IMG/VR virus record: IMGVR_UViG_3300029959_000011
Location: 4,978 to 68,977 of that record
Origin: a virus
Taxonomy: Duplodnaviria; Caudoviricetes
Reading direction: 5' to 3' (one strand)
DNA length: 64,000 bases
Shown in pieces: positions 20,101 to 29,363 of the stretch. Under the pieces are notes generated by a model, which was not told where the DNA came from, searched no databases, and saw only the letters and a list, made by a program, of their open reading frames with translations. The translations under genes were made by a program, and so were the position numbers. Position 1 is the stretch's first letter. Every line of letters starts with the position of its first letter.

Positions 20101-21127
20101 TCTAATACTGCATCAGGCATTATTACTTAATTTAGCATTAAAGCAGAAACGGCAATTTAGGAAAATATTGCAGGAAAATAATATCCTTATCTATAATGAG
20201 ATAATTTCCGCTTATGCCGAATTTACGAGAACGGTATCTAAAACCGAGAACGAACGCTATGAAAAATTAGCTCGCAGATTAGCTAAAGTACGATTGAAAG
20301 CTGTTGTCGAATTTAGGAAAACATACGATAGTGAATTAAAGCGGATGATGAAATTAGAAATAAGTTATATAGATAAGTCGCTACACGATATAACTAATTT
20401 AGATTTTGAAACCGTAAAACCTGATAACACGAATGATTTTCTTAAATACGGCAGTTATTCAGGTAAAACTCCCGATCAGCATTTTAATACGATTGTAGCA
20501 AATGAAGTAAATACATTATTAAGTATAGTTCGAGTAGCGGTTTCTGATAACACAAGTTCAAATCAATTAGGAAAGACTGTTAAGCAGAAATTGAATATAA
20601 TTAACGGTCATGCCGATAGTATCGTACAAACAATTACTTTAGGATTGGCTAATGACGCAAGAAGAAAATTCTTTACTTCTAATACTATCATTCTGCCATT
20701 TGAGGTATTTGTTGCGGTATTGGATAGTGTTACTACAGAGCGATGCAGAGATGAGAATAATAAGCATATAATATACATTATCGGTACTGCGCCCAGACCG
20801 CCTTTGCATTATAATTGCAGATCAGCTGTAGTGCCATTCCTCAATCCATTAGCATTTATAGGCGATAGGGATGAAATAGTAATGTCAAATGGAACTATAA
20901 TGAAGCGCAATAATTTTATTGCTTATATAGGCAAAGCACCCGAACCGATCACATTCGTTAATTGGCTTAAATTACAATCACCCGAAAATCAGAATAAGAT
21001 ATTAGGTGCGGATAGGGCAAAAGCATACAGGGCAGGCGAATTACAATTTACTGAATATGACAGCGAAGGCGGAACGCCAATGGATTTGCAACAAGTATTT
21101 GGGGTATGGGGAATAAAAGCAGTATGA
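20069..21127 (+). CDS. Minor head protein (SPP1 gp7 / Mu F-like)
   Basis: VAVLDSVTTERC..PPLHYNCRS motif. Confidence 0.8.
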   Translation: MTTVNQKIQNDLILHQALLLNLALKQKRQFRKILQENNILIYNEIISAYAEFTRTVSKTENERYEKLARRLAKVRLKAVVEFRKTYDSELKRMMKLEISYIDKSLHDITNLDFETVKPDNTNDFLKYGSYSGKTPDQHFNTIVANEVNTLLSIVRVAVSDNTSSNQLGKTVKQKLNIINGHADSIVQTITLGLANDARRKFFTSNTIILPFEVFVAVLDSVTTERCRDENNKHIIYIIGTAPRPPLHYNCRSAVVPFLNPLAFIGDRDEIVMSNGTIMKRNNFIAYIGKAPEPITFVNWLKLQSPENQNKILGADRAKAYRAGELQFTEYDSEGGTPMDLQQVFGVWGIKAV

Positions 21128-21165
21128 TAAAAGTCATAGGAATTTATTATTTTATTATTTATTAT
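21123..21165 (+). promoter_or_regulatory. Palindromic box plus weak promoter
   Basis: TATGATAAAAGTCATA overlapping TAGGAA-17-TATTAT. Confidence 0.5.
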
Positions 21166-21211
21166 TAGTAGTATAAAATAGCAAACTATAAATAGGATTG
21201 TAGTATGAACA

Positions 21212-21290
21212 AAAAAACAACGGATAGAGCTAAATCGCAGGGCAAAGAAGATACAGGAGAAGCCCTGCGTTTTTGCTCGTGTTATGCGCA
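21212..21290 (+). mobile_element. attC-like hairpin (left boundary of head-operon cassette)
   Basis: AAAAAACAAC-GGATA-GAGCTAAATCGCAGGGC..GCCCTGCGTTTTTGCTC-GT-GTTATGCGCA. Confidence 0.55.
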
Positions 21291-21318
21291 GTCTAAGGAC
21301 TCCAAATCACCGACTGGG

Positions 21319-22065
21319 ATGACCGAAACTAACGACGGGTTGAAAGAAACAAATGAAGATACGATTTACTTGCAATTTCAAGAAGGCTGTCTTGAAAAAT
21401 TAAGGCAAATTGATGAAGAAGTCAAAGAACTTATCAAGAAATTGCCTAAATCACTTGCTATTACTGTCAATAGGTTTCTTGACAGTGATCGTTTCCTTGA
21501 CCATGCTCTTAACCTTGAAATGATTAGTTCTCCCACAGATCTCACAATCACATATATTATCTCCGCAAGTGAGTGCTACCTTGAACTTATTTCCGCAATA
21601 AAGACAGGTGACTATGCTATTATCAAGCCATCTCTTGATTTGTTTGGTGCTGGGCATACTCCCTCCAAGTTTGAGGTTGATTTAAGAAATTTAACAAAAC
21701 AAAACATGAAAGACAAGAACAAAGAAATCCATAAGAAGTTATTACAGGATGTGGATAAGAAACTCCAAAGCGAAACCGAGAAAACGGGGATGACCTTAAC
21801 TAACGATATTAAGAAAGTAAAAATGGATGAAAAAAAAGAATTTAATATATTTAGAGAAGGATATATCGAGGAATCAAATAAATATAGAGAGTGGAGAAAA
21901 GAAAAAATACCAGAAGAGTTTGAAACAACAGAATTTATAGTTCTCGCTATGGATAATTTAATTTCCCATTGTGCATATCCAGAACTCTATATAAAATGGG
22001 TTGAAGTTTATAATCATATAGTGAAAAAACATAATTTAACACTAATGGAAAAACCTATCAATTAA
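21319..22065 (+). CDS. Hypothetical helical protein (cassette cargo)
   Basis: Long ORF; ATG 21319 preferred because the upstream in-frame part is the hairpin. Confidence 0.55.
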   Translation: MTETNDGLKETNEDTIYLQFQEGCLEKLRQIDEEVKELIKKLPKSLAITVNRFLDSDRFLDHALNLEMISSPTDLTITYIISASECYLELISAIKTGDYAIIKPSLDLFGAGHTPSKFEVDLRNLTKQNMKDKNKEIHKKLLQDVDKKLQSETEKTGMTLTNDIKKVKMDEKKEFNIFREGYIEESNKYREWRKEKIPEEFETTEFIVLAMDNLISHCAYPELYIKWVEVYNHIVKKHNLTLMEKPIN

Positions 22066-22339
22066 CATCGGATGATTTTATTATGTAACTATACTCTTGA
22101 AATAAATTGTCAGAGTGTATAAATCTTGACAATCCCTGTCCTTCTTTAATCAATTCTTTCATTTTCTCAACCCTATCTTTTCCAGATTTTTCGTAGTCAA
22201 ATACATATAAATCATCATTTTTAGAAAATCTGATAACAACATAATCGTCACCAATTCTATATTTTACGACATCAGATTTTTTATTTAATCTGCGATACCA
22301 AAAAACAGGATAATGTACTCTATCTTTTTTGTCACTCAT
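22058..22339 (-). CDS. Small KTSC-like protein (cassette cargo)
   Basis: VVKYRIGDDYVVIRF..LYVFDY..MKELIKEGQGLSRFI; RBS AGGGGG. Confidence 0.55.
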   Translation of the reverse strand: MSDKKDRVHYPVFWYRRLNKKSDVVKYRIGDDYVVIRFSKNDDLYVFDYEKSGKDRVEKMKELIKEGQGLSRFIHSDNLFQEYSYIIKSSDVN

Positions 22340-22374
22340 TTTGATACCCCCTTTTATTTTTTTTGTTTTCCTTA

Positions 22375-22677
22375 TTATAATTGAATATCAGTTAATATCC
22401 AATTACCATTTTTATATTGCACCTCGCATATAAATCTTGTTCTTACTATTTCCCCAAATCCATTTTGCGAATCTACATAGCCGTAAATACTAAATTTATT
22501 ATCAGGCAATTCTTTAATCTCCGCATCAAGTATTGAGCAGAAATCGGCAGTTGATGGTGATGAAAGTCTGCTTGTTACAAATCCCTCACATGCTGTAAAT
22601 GCTCCTACTTTTGATGGATCAGAAGAGCATCCGACTAATAGCATTATTAGCAATAACACTAAATTAACTTTTATCAT
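22375..22677 (-). CDS. Predicted lipoprotein (cassette cargo)
   Basis: Signal peptide with lipobox LVGC; LSSPSTADF and VDSQNGFG motifs; RBS AGGAGG. Confidence 0.7.
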   Translation of the reverse strand: MIKVNLVLLLIMLLVGCSSDPSKVGAFTACEGFVTSRLSSPSTADFCSILDAEIKELPDNKFSIYGYVDSQNGFGEIVRTRFICEVQYKNGNWILTDIQL

Positions 22678-22745
22678 TACTCCCTCCTTTTTTTATCCTT
22701 TCTATCCTAATATCTTCTATCCCTATTCTATCCCACTCTATGGAG

Positions 22746-22804
22746 TGCGCATAACAAGCGATAAATGAAGTTTACAATTTTATTTATCGCATCTTATTTT
22801 TTGC
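22746..22804 (+). mobile_element. attC-like hairpin (right boundary of head-operon cassette)
   Basis: TGCGCATAAC-AA-GCGATAAAT..ATTTATCGC-ATC-TTATTTTTTGC; first 10 nt are the reverse complement of 21281-21290. Confidence 0.55.
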
Positions 22805-22831
22805 TTTAGTCAGAGATAATAAAAAAAAAAA

Positions 22832-22884
22832 TATGACAAATATCATAAAAAAGTTGTTGCTAATTATAAAAATTAGCTTATATT
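22832..22884 (+). promoter_or_regulatory. Palindromic box plus promoter for scaffold/capsid genes
   Basis: TATGACAAATATCATA followed by TTGCTA-16-TATATT. Confidence 0.55.
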
Positions 22885-22940
22885 GAAGTATTAAGACAAA
22901 CATGAGGTTGTCATAATAACAAAAACTAAAGGAGAAAGGC

Positions 22941-23705
22941 ATGAGCCTAAAATTTGAAGCAACAAACTTAGACGAAATTGACGAAAGTCTAAGATCGTAT
23001 TACAAAGAAGTCAATGGGAAGTTCGTATTAGACGGCTTATACGAGGCTTTCAAACCTATGGAAGAGTTTAAGACTGTCCATACTGCTTTACAAAAAGAAA
23101 GAGCAGACCATAAAGCCGCAAAAGAAAGAGTAAGTAAATACGGAGAGTGGACACCGGAAAAAATTGAGCAAATTAGCACAGAGTACGAGGAACTGAAACT
23201 CAAAAGCGACAAGACGGGTGATACTGACGAACTGTTTGAGAAAAAAGTAAAACTGAGAACGAAACCGTTTGAAACGCAAATCGAAGCGCAGAAAGCCGAA
23301 GCCGATAAATGGAAGCAGAAGGCAACTGAAACAGAACAAGTGCTAATCGGCATGAAACTCGATCTTGAAATCAATAAGCTATGCGCAGGGACGATTGATC
23401 CTAAATCAATCAAAGATGTAATGTATAGAGCTAAATTTGGCGTGAAATGGGATAATGACTTACAGGAATTTAGGTCAACAGACGGTCTTACATTGCCTGA
23501 GTGGTTTCAAAATGAGAAACAAGACAGTAATTGGGGCTTGCCAAGTGGCGGAGGTGGAGCGAAAGGGTCAGATGGCGGAACAGTATTAGGCGGAAATCCA
23601 TTTAAGCATGGTGATCCTTCGTTTAATGTTACTACACAAGCTAAAATGCTAAAAGACAATCCGAAAGAAGCGGCAAGACTAATGGAATTAGCGAAAAAGA
23701 AATAA
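22941..23705 (+). CDS. Capsid scaffolding protein
   Basis: YKEVNGKFVLD..ALQKERADHK coiled coil; C-terminal SGGGGAKGS..NPF..NVTTQAKML. Confidence 0.8.
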   Translation: MSLKFEATNLDEIDESLRSYYKEVNGKFVLDGLYEAFKPMEEFKTVHTALQKERADHKAAKERVSKYGEWTPEKIEQISTEYEELKLKSDKTGDTDELFEKKVKLRTKPFETQIEAQKAEADKWKQKATETEQVLIGMKLDLEINKLCAGTIDPKSIKDVMYRAKFGVKWDNDLQEFRSTDGLTLPEWFQNEKQDSNWGLPSGGGGAKGSDGGTVLGGNPFKHGDPSFNVTTQAKMLKDNPKEAARLMELAKKK

Positions 23706-23796
23706 TCTATCTGTAAAAGTCTGCATGTGCGGATAGTGGCATGAGCCATAATGGATTAAAATAGAAAGCAGTTTAATTTAAAATGGAGGTGCTATT

Positions 23797-24831
23797 ATGG
23801 CGGAAAGCACAATAACCAGTTTTTACAACCCCGTATTATTCGATCAGAATTTGATACTTGGGATGTTAAACAAAAACTTACTGATTAACAGTGGCGTAGC
23901 AGTAGTTGACCCACGAGTTATGAAAGTAATTGACGGAGCAAGCGGATCGCAGACTATTGATCTGCCTTATGTAGATGCAATCGCAGCAGACGAGCCGAAT
24001 GTATCAAGCGATGTTACAGGATCAACCTCAACTCCTAAAGCTCGTTCTGGCTCAAAATGCAGAGCTATCGGATCGTTCCTGAATCAATCTTGGTCAGATA
24101 TGGATTTGGTCAAGTATTTTACAGGTGTTGACCCGTTACTTGCAACAATAAACGGAATAGCCGAATACTGGCTGACTTCGTACAATAAAAGACTAATTGC
24201 TACTATTCAGGGTATATTGCTGGACAATACCACTAATGATGGCGGTGATATGGTTTATAATATTGCGAATGCAGCAGCTACTACTGACCCGACTGATGCT
24301 AACCTAATCAGCGCATCGGCTGTTATTAACACAAGGCTTACTTCAGGTGACAGATTGTCAGAATATAATATGATAATCATGCACTCGATAGTATATGCAA
24401 GGCTTGAAGAAAATAACCTCATTGACTTCATTCCTGATTCAGACGGCAAAGTAAACATTCCTACTTATCATGGTATGAGAGTAATGTATGACGATGATAT
24501 GCCGTATGCTGCAACAGGGACAAATGCTGACAGTTCGACAAAATATACTTACGATACTTATTTGCTTGGCGCAGGAACTATTGCGTTTGGCGATGCTAAC
24601 CCTGAAAATGCTTCCGAGCTATACCGTGCGCCTGATAAAGGAAACGGAGGCGGACAGACATATCTGTACTCAAGAAGAATGGTAGCAATCCATCCATACG
24701 GCTTTGACTGGCTTCAAGGATCAATGGCTTCGGATTCTCCTACTCTTGCAGAACTCAGACTTGCCGCTAACTGGAACAGAAAATATGACAGAAAAAGAAT
24801 AAGTATTGCTTGCCTGAGAACTAACGGCTAA
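23797..24831 (+). CDS. Major capsid protein
   Basis: NQSWSDMDL, IIMHSIVY..L, YDTYLLGAGTIAFG, HPYGFDW, NWNRKYDRKRI motifs; follows scaffold. Confidence 0.9.
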   Translation: MAESTITSFYNPVLFDQNLILGMLNKNLLINSGVAVVDPRVMKVIDGASGSQTIDLPYVDAIAADEPNVSSDVTGSTSTPKARSGSKCRAIGSFLNQSWSDMDLVKYFTGVDPLLATINGIAEYWLTSYNKRLIATIQGILLDNTTNDGGDMVYNIANAAATTDPTDANLISASAVINTRLTSGDRLSEYNMIIMHSIVYARLEENNLIDFIPDSDGKVNIPTYHGMRVMYDDDMPYAATGTNADSSTKYTYDTYLLGAGTIAFGDANPENASELYRAPDKGNGGGQTYLYSRRMVAIHPYGFDWLQGSMASDSPTLAELRLAANWNRKYDRKRISIACLRTNG

Positions 24832-24845
24832 TAATTAAAATGCGT

Positions 24846-24876
24846 AAGAGCCTGAATGGTCAGGCTCTTGCCTTTT
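24846..24876 (+). terminator. Rho-independent terminator after capsid gene
   Basis: AAGAGCCTGA-ATGG-TCAGGCTCTT followed by GCCTTTT. Confidence 0.7.
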
Positions 24877-24900
24877 ATAAATTAAGGAAAAGGAAATAAA

Positions 24901-25404
24901 ATGACCGAACAAAACACAGCAATAGAGTACGAAACAATAGACGAATTAAGAGTAATAGCTTCAGAGAACAAAATCGAAAACCCAAATGCTAAAAGCGCAA
25001 AGAAGCTAATTGAGGAACTCGCTAAATTGGGTGTTACTATAACGAAAAAAGAAGAAACAAAAGCTACAAGCGACTTACTTGATCCGCCTGTTATAGAGCC
25101 TGAAAAAACAGAGTTTAAATCACAGGAATCGTCAGGATATGACAAGTTGAAAGAAGAGCATGAAGTATTAGTTAAAAAAGCATCTAAACTTAGAGATGAA
25201 TTAGCGGTAGTACAGAAAGAAATAAACAGACTGTCGGGCGAATTATCTAAATACGCTAACCCGAAAGCAAGCATGAATGATTTGTTACATGCAAGGAGAC
25301 AGTCGGCAAATAACACAACAAAGAAAGAAATGAATTTACGAGAAATGCAACAGAAATTGATGCGTGAAATCAATAATCGGAATAATCTAAAACCAAAGAG
25401 TTAA
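24901..25404 (+). CDS. Hypothetical protein with N-terminal HeH/Rho_N-like helix pair and coiled coil
   Basis: TIDELRVIASENKIENPNAKSAKKLIEEL; RBS AAGGA. Confidence 0.5.
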   Translation: MTEQNTAIEYETIDELRVIASENKIENPNAKSAKKLIEELAKLGVTITKKEETKATSDLLDPPVIEPEKTEFKSQESSGYDKLKEEHEVLVKKASKLRDELAVVQKEINRLSGELSKYANPKASMNDLLHARRQSANNTTKKEMNLREMQQKLMREINNRNNLKPKS

Positions 25405-25406
25405 TT

Positions 25407-26027
25407 ATGGCTGATATGCCTAAATTATATAAAAAAGGGTGGCCGAATACAATGCAGGCCGCCCTGTATTATAATAGGAAAAGTAATAGGGAGCGTTGGC
25501 TTGACGGTCATCTTAGCACTACATTTATGTTATTCTGGATATGCAAAAACAACTTTATGGATAATGTTACGCATTTGCTTACACAGGATAATACAGGTAA
25601 GATTACTTCTCCGCAGGTATATCCGTACAATCCTGCACTAATAACCTCAAACGAGCTTGTACCAAATTATTATATACAATTCACTCCGCAAATACCCGTA
25701 CAAACATTAGACACTAAATTCACTAATTGTATTTTGTTTGAAGCTGATAATGTCACGCCACGCAAATTATGGGTTGGCGAATGGATGACGCATATCAGTA
25801 ATGGCGTATTTGATTATGAGAATAAACATCTATTATTCGCTACATTAAATGAAAGCGGAATTTCCAACATAATGGCATTTGCAAGTCCAAGATCAACTCA
25901 TACAAATCCTACATTAGCGCAAGTACAGGATTATTTGGCAGGCGATTTCGACTTAACGGCACAATATCTGACTGATAAGCACGGCAGACCGATATTAGAC
26001 AAAGACGGCAGTTTAATAATTTTCTAA
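25407..26027 (+). CDS. Hypothetical, probably virion-associated protein
   Basis: 206 aa, C-terminal LTDKHGRPILDKDGSLI motif seen in structural proteins. Confidence 0.45.
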   Translation: MADMPKLYKKGWPNTMQAALYYNRKSNRERWLDGHLSTTFMLFWICKNNFMDNVTHLLTQDNTGKITSPQVYPYNPALITSNELVPNYYIQFTPQIPVQTLDTKFTNCILFEADNVTPRKLWVGEWMTHISNGVFDYENKHLLFATLNESGISNIMAFASPRSTHTNPTLAQVQDYLAGDFDLTAQYLTDKHGRPILDKDGSLIIF

Positions 26028-26037
26028 AGGAGTAAAA

Positions 26038-28203
26038 ATGAAAAAGATAATATTTTTTACGATACTGATACTAATAGCACTTGGCTTTTCGGTATTAACA
26101 CCGACGAGAATGGTTGACAGACCAATAGTATCTCCTGATAGTACAGATTGGCTATTAGGAATAAATAGTACAGACAGCGAAACATACAGGATGAAGATAA
26201 GCAGGATAAATGCGCTGTTATATCCGAAAATAGCAAGTGACATAAATGATACCACACGGGCGAGTGAACATAGAGAACTTGCAAGATTTGACAGCATAAA
26301 TACAGCGTTAAGACTTGCAATGCTTGACAGCGCCGCTGTAGTAGTAAAGGATACATTAACTCAAACAAATGTAATAATTAAGAACAATCTGAAAATACAC
26401 GATGATTTATTTCTTGATGCTGGGGACGAATTGAATTTGGGCTACTCTAAAATATCTGAAGAAACAAATGTTTTAAAACTGCAAAGTAAAGCTAAAATAG
26501 CAGGCAGATACAACATTGCATTAGAAGGCGGAGCTGTAAATATTGTGAATGATACGATAAGTTATCATAATTCAGCTACAATCACAAATCAAGATGCAAC
26601 GCATTTGAGATTAACTGAAGATATGATTGAATTGTACGGTGAAACTCTAATTTATGATGATGTATATCTTGAAAACGACGCCATAATAAGCAACCCGACA
26701 AACTCATTATTGACATTTGCTGAGGAAGTTGTAAGCATTCAGTCCGATTCGACTGATGTCGGTCAGGTAGCTTATTCCGATACATTAAAAACGAATAGAA
26801 TAGTAATGAATAATGGTGTTAAACTTGACAATTCGACGGCTAATACTTTTAAGGTAACAGCAGATTCAACTTACATTGCAAGAGTAGCCAAGATAGATAC
26901 AACTAAAACTGACTTCTTAAGAATGCAAGGTAATATGTATTTTCCGACTGCAAACGCAACAATATCACAGTTAACAAATAAATACACACTTGCAGTTGAT
27001 ACATTTGCGGTTAGAGCAGCATTCCGACCTAATAGACATAGAGCTACAAGCCCAGCAAGCACAATTGAAATCGGATTAGCAGGTGCAACAAATCAGTCTG
27101 GCGCTGATAATATTCTTATCGGCGATTTTGCAGGCGATGCGTTGACTACAGGCAACCTTAATGTGTTTATCGGTACTGATGCAGGCGGAGCGGCTACAGG
27201 CGGAGCGGCAAATACTTTTGTCGGTGCGTTATCAGGTAAAGCAAATACCGCAAGTAATAACACTTTTTACGGTTATAATTCCGGTGTTACAAACATATCA
27301 GGAACAGGAAATTGTTATTTTGGTGCGCAGGCAGCCCGTTATTCAACCGGAAAATATAACTCAATATTCGGGTTTGCAGCAGGTAACCGAGTTACAGGAA
27401 ATGGCAACGCTTTTTTTGGTAATTATTCTGGAACACAAGGCGGTTCAAGCGTTGCTATTTCAAGTAATGCCTGCTTTGGAGATAGTACAGGCGTCAATAT
27501 GATCGCAGGGTCAAACGCAAATACTTTTATCGGCAGTTATGCAGGTCTTGACAATACAACCGGTAAATACAATATATTTTTAGGATTTCAGGCAGGTAAA
27601 ACACAAACAACAGCTGATTCTACTTTAAGAGTAGGATTAGATTCCGACGAATTACTCATAGGCAATATGACCGCTGGCGTGGTTAATCGTTCTCTTGATG
27701 TTGATGGCTACAATTATTTTAAACATATCATAGGTAAGTTTAAGAGATTAACTCAATTTGTATGTTCTGCTCCAGATGTATGGCTAACAGTACCTATTGT
27801 TGTAGCTAATGGCACAGGCAATTCTTGGCATTATACAGCAACTACAGGCACTCCGGCAGACAGTTGTATAATAGTTAATCGTGCACAGTGGAATGCTATA
27901 GATGCTACTTTCAAAGTTTACTGGGGTGTAAACACTTCTGAAACCGTTGAGTTTAGACTTGTCAAAGGCGCAGTAAGTGGAGGCAGAACATATTCGTTAT
28001 GTGGACAGCAGAAAGAAATTGTTACAAAAGCAATAGGTGACGAAAAGGCATTCATACTACATAGTGACGGATACTTTGCAGCAGGTGACAGTCTCATTCT
28101 GCAAATGAGAACAAGCGATGTAGGTATAATACTTAAACCGTTAAGCGATTTTGCTAATCCTAATAGTGGAACTCTGAATATAAAATATCTGGGAGATGAC
28201 TAA
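26038..28203 (+). CDS. Fibre/adhesin-like protein with predicted N-terminal signal peptide
   Basis: MKK + hydrophobic h-region; N-x-F-x-G-x-x-A-G beta-roll repeats in the second half; RBS AGGAG. Confidence 0.6.
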   Translation: MKKIIFFTILILIALGFSVLTPTRMVDRPIVSPDSTDWLLGINSTDSETYRMKISRINALLYPKIASDINDTTRASEHRELARFDSINTALRLAMLDSAAVVVKDTLTQTNVIIKNNLKIHDDLFLDAGDELNLGYSKISEETNVLKLQSKAKIAGRYNIALEGGAVNIVNDTISYHNSATITNQDATHLRLTEDMIELYGETLIYDDVYLENDAIISNPTNSLLTFAEEVVSIQSDSTDVGQVAYSDTLKTNRIVMNNGVKLDNSTANTFKVTADSTYIARVAKIDTTKTDFLRMQGNMYFPTANATISQLTNKYTLAVDTFAVRAAFRPNRHRATSPASTIEIGLAGATNQSGADNILIGDFAGDALTTGNLNVFIGTDAGGAATGGAANTFVGALSGKANTASNNTFYGYNSGVTNISGTGNCYFGAQAARYSTGKYNSIFGFAAGNRVTGNGNAFFGNYSGTQGGSSVAISSNACFGDSTGVNMIAGSNANTFIGSYAGLDNTTGKYNIFLGFQAGKTQTTADSTLRVGLDSDELLIGNMTAGVVNRSLDVDGYNYFKHIIGKFKRLTQFVCSAPDVWLTVPIVVANGTGNSWHYTATTGTPADSCIIVNRAQWNAIDATFKVYWGVNTSETVEFRLVKGAVSGGRTYSLCGQQKEIVTKAIGDEKAFILHSDGYFAAGDSLILQMRTSDVGIILKPLSDFANPNSGTLNIKYLGDD

Positions 28204-28412
28204 TGGCAAGACAGATTATGGATTCATGCAGGAACTGTGGGGAATGTTTAAAAGCATGCCCTATTGATAAGTGTATAAGCTCAGGTGACATATACAGAAT
28301 TGATCCTGCGATATGTACGGACTGTCTAATCTGCGTGCCGTATTGCAAGTACGACGCAATCAAAATTTATATACCGATAATTGAACCGCCAATAGAAGAA
28401 AGTGAAACTTAA
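28203..28412 (+). CDS. 2[4Fe-4S] ferredoxin
   Basis: CRNCGECLKACP and CTDCLICVPYC motifs in 69 aa. Confidence 0.9.
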   Translation: MARQIMDSCRNCGECLKACPIDKCISSGDIYRIDPAICTDCLICVPYCKYDAIKIYIPIIEPPIEESET

Positions 28413-28438
28413 CAGCTAACGCAAGGGAGAAGTATGGC

Positions 28439-28777
28439 ATGGGTGAAAATGAAAATGGAGTTTTTATGAATCTTGCAATAACAAATGAAATGATTTATGA
28501 AGAAATACAAAATCATGGTAAGCTGATAAATAAGATCATTGACAGTAATAAGATAATTGATGATAAAGTATCTCTTACGAACGGCACAGTAGCCAGCTTA
28601 AAGAACAGACTTGATAACGATATATGCCCTCGCTTAAAAGCAGTTGAGAAAGCAAGTATTGTATTATTTTTAAGTAAGAATAAGACAGCAGTAAGATGGG
28701 TATTTATATTGGGTATAATTTTAGGTGTAGTTGTCGGGCTTGCTAATTTGAAAGACTTATTGGAGGTAATTAAATGA
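28439..28777 (+). CDS. Holin-like protein (coiled coil plus C-terminal TM helix)
   Basis: WVFILGIILGVVVGLA TM segment; upstream of endolysin. Confidence 0.5.
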   Translation: MGENENGVFMNLAITNEMIYEEIQNHGKLINKIIDSNKIIDDKVSLTNGTVASLKNRLDNDICPRLKAVEKASIVLFLSKNKTAVRWVFILGIILGVVVGLANLKDLLEVIK

Positions 28778-29004
28778 AAAACTTTTTTGATTTTCTAAAA
28801 GCACTCATCAAAGTACAACAATGGTGGAAACTGCTTATTATAGCATTCATGTTTTGCTTCGCAATCGGATCATTTGTATATATTCTCAAGTACGACGGTT
28901 TAGACATGGTTAAAGGCTTATTCTATACAGAAGAAACGGTAATAGAAGCTGAAACTAAAGCCGCTCCTACTGTACCTGTGGCGATACCTGATAGTACGAA
29001 ATGA
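28774..29004 (+). CDS. Small single-TM lysis-module protein
   Basis: WWKLLIIAFMFCFAIGSFVYIL; overlaps both neighbours by 4 nt. Confidence 0.45.
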   Translation: MKNFFDFLKALIKVQQWWKLLIIAFMFCFAIGSFVYILKYDGLDMVKGLFYTEETVIEAETKAAPTVPVAIPDSTK

Positions 29005-29363
29005 CAAATTCATATTCATACGAACTCGGCAGAAGAAAGGATAAATTTTCGGTAGATATTGCAAGCGTGATTATCTTTGCTTCCGAAAAAGGATGGTCTT
29101 TACGATTCCAAAAAGAACACATGAATCACAAAAAAGACAGTTTGCATTTTATTGGATTAGCCAAAGATTTTGATTTGATAATAAATGGTAAATGGATAGA
29201 TAAATCAGACACTCCAGAATGGATTGAAATTGGGACTTATTGGAAAAGTTTATCTAAAGATGGTATAGAGAATTGCTGGGGTGGTGACTTCGATTTCAAC
29301 AAAGACGGTGTAAAATTTGACGACGGCAATCATTTATCAATAGCATTTAATGGGATGAAATAA
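29001..29363 (+). CDS. Endolysin, peptidase M15 family
   Basis: SLHFIGLAKDF (H-x6-D), WGGDF and DGNHLS zinc ligands. Confidence 0.85.
   Translation: MTNSYSYELGRRKDKFSVDIASVIIFASEKGWSLRFQKEHMNHKKDSLHFIGLAKDFDLIINGKWIDKSDTPEWIEIGTYWKSLSKDGIENCWGGDFDFNKDGVKFDDGNHLSIAFNGMK

Noticed and set aside
22058-22091. Second dif-like site at the convergence of cassette genes
   Set aside because: The arm-like sequences (AATTAACATCG and TTATGTAACTA) are 10 bp apart rather than 6 and are degenerate.
22745-22772. XerC arm (AGTGCGCATAA) as part of a pdif site
   Set aside because: No XerD arm 6 bp away; the hairpin and complementary-core reading fits better.
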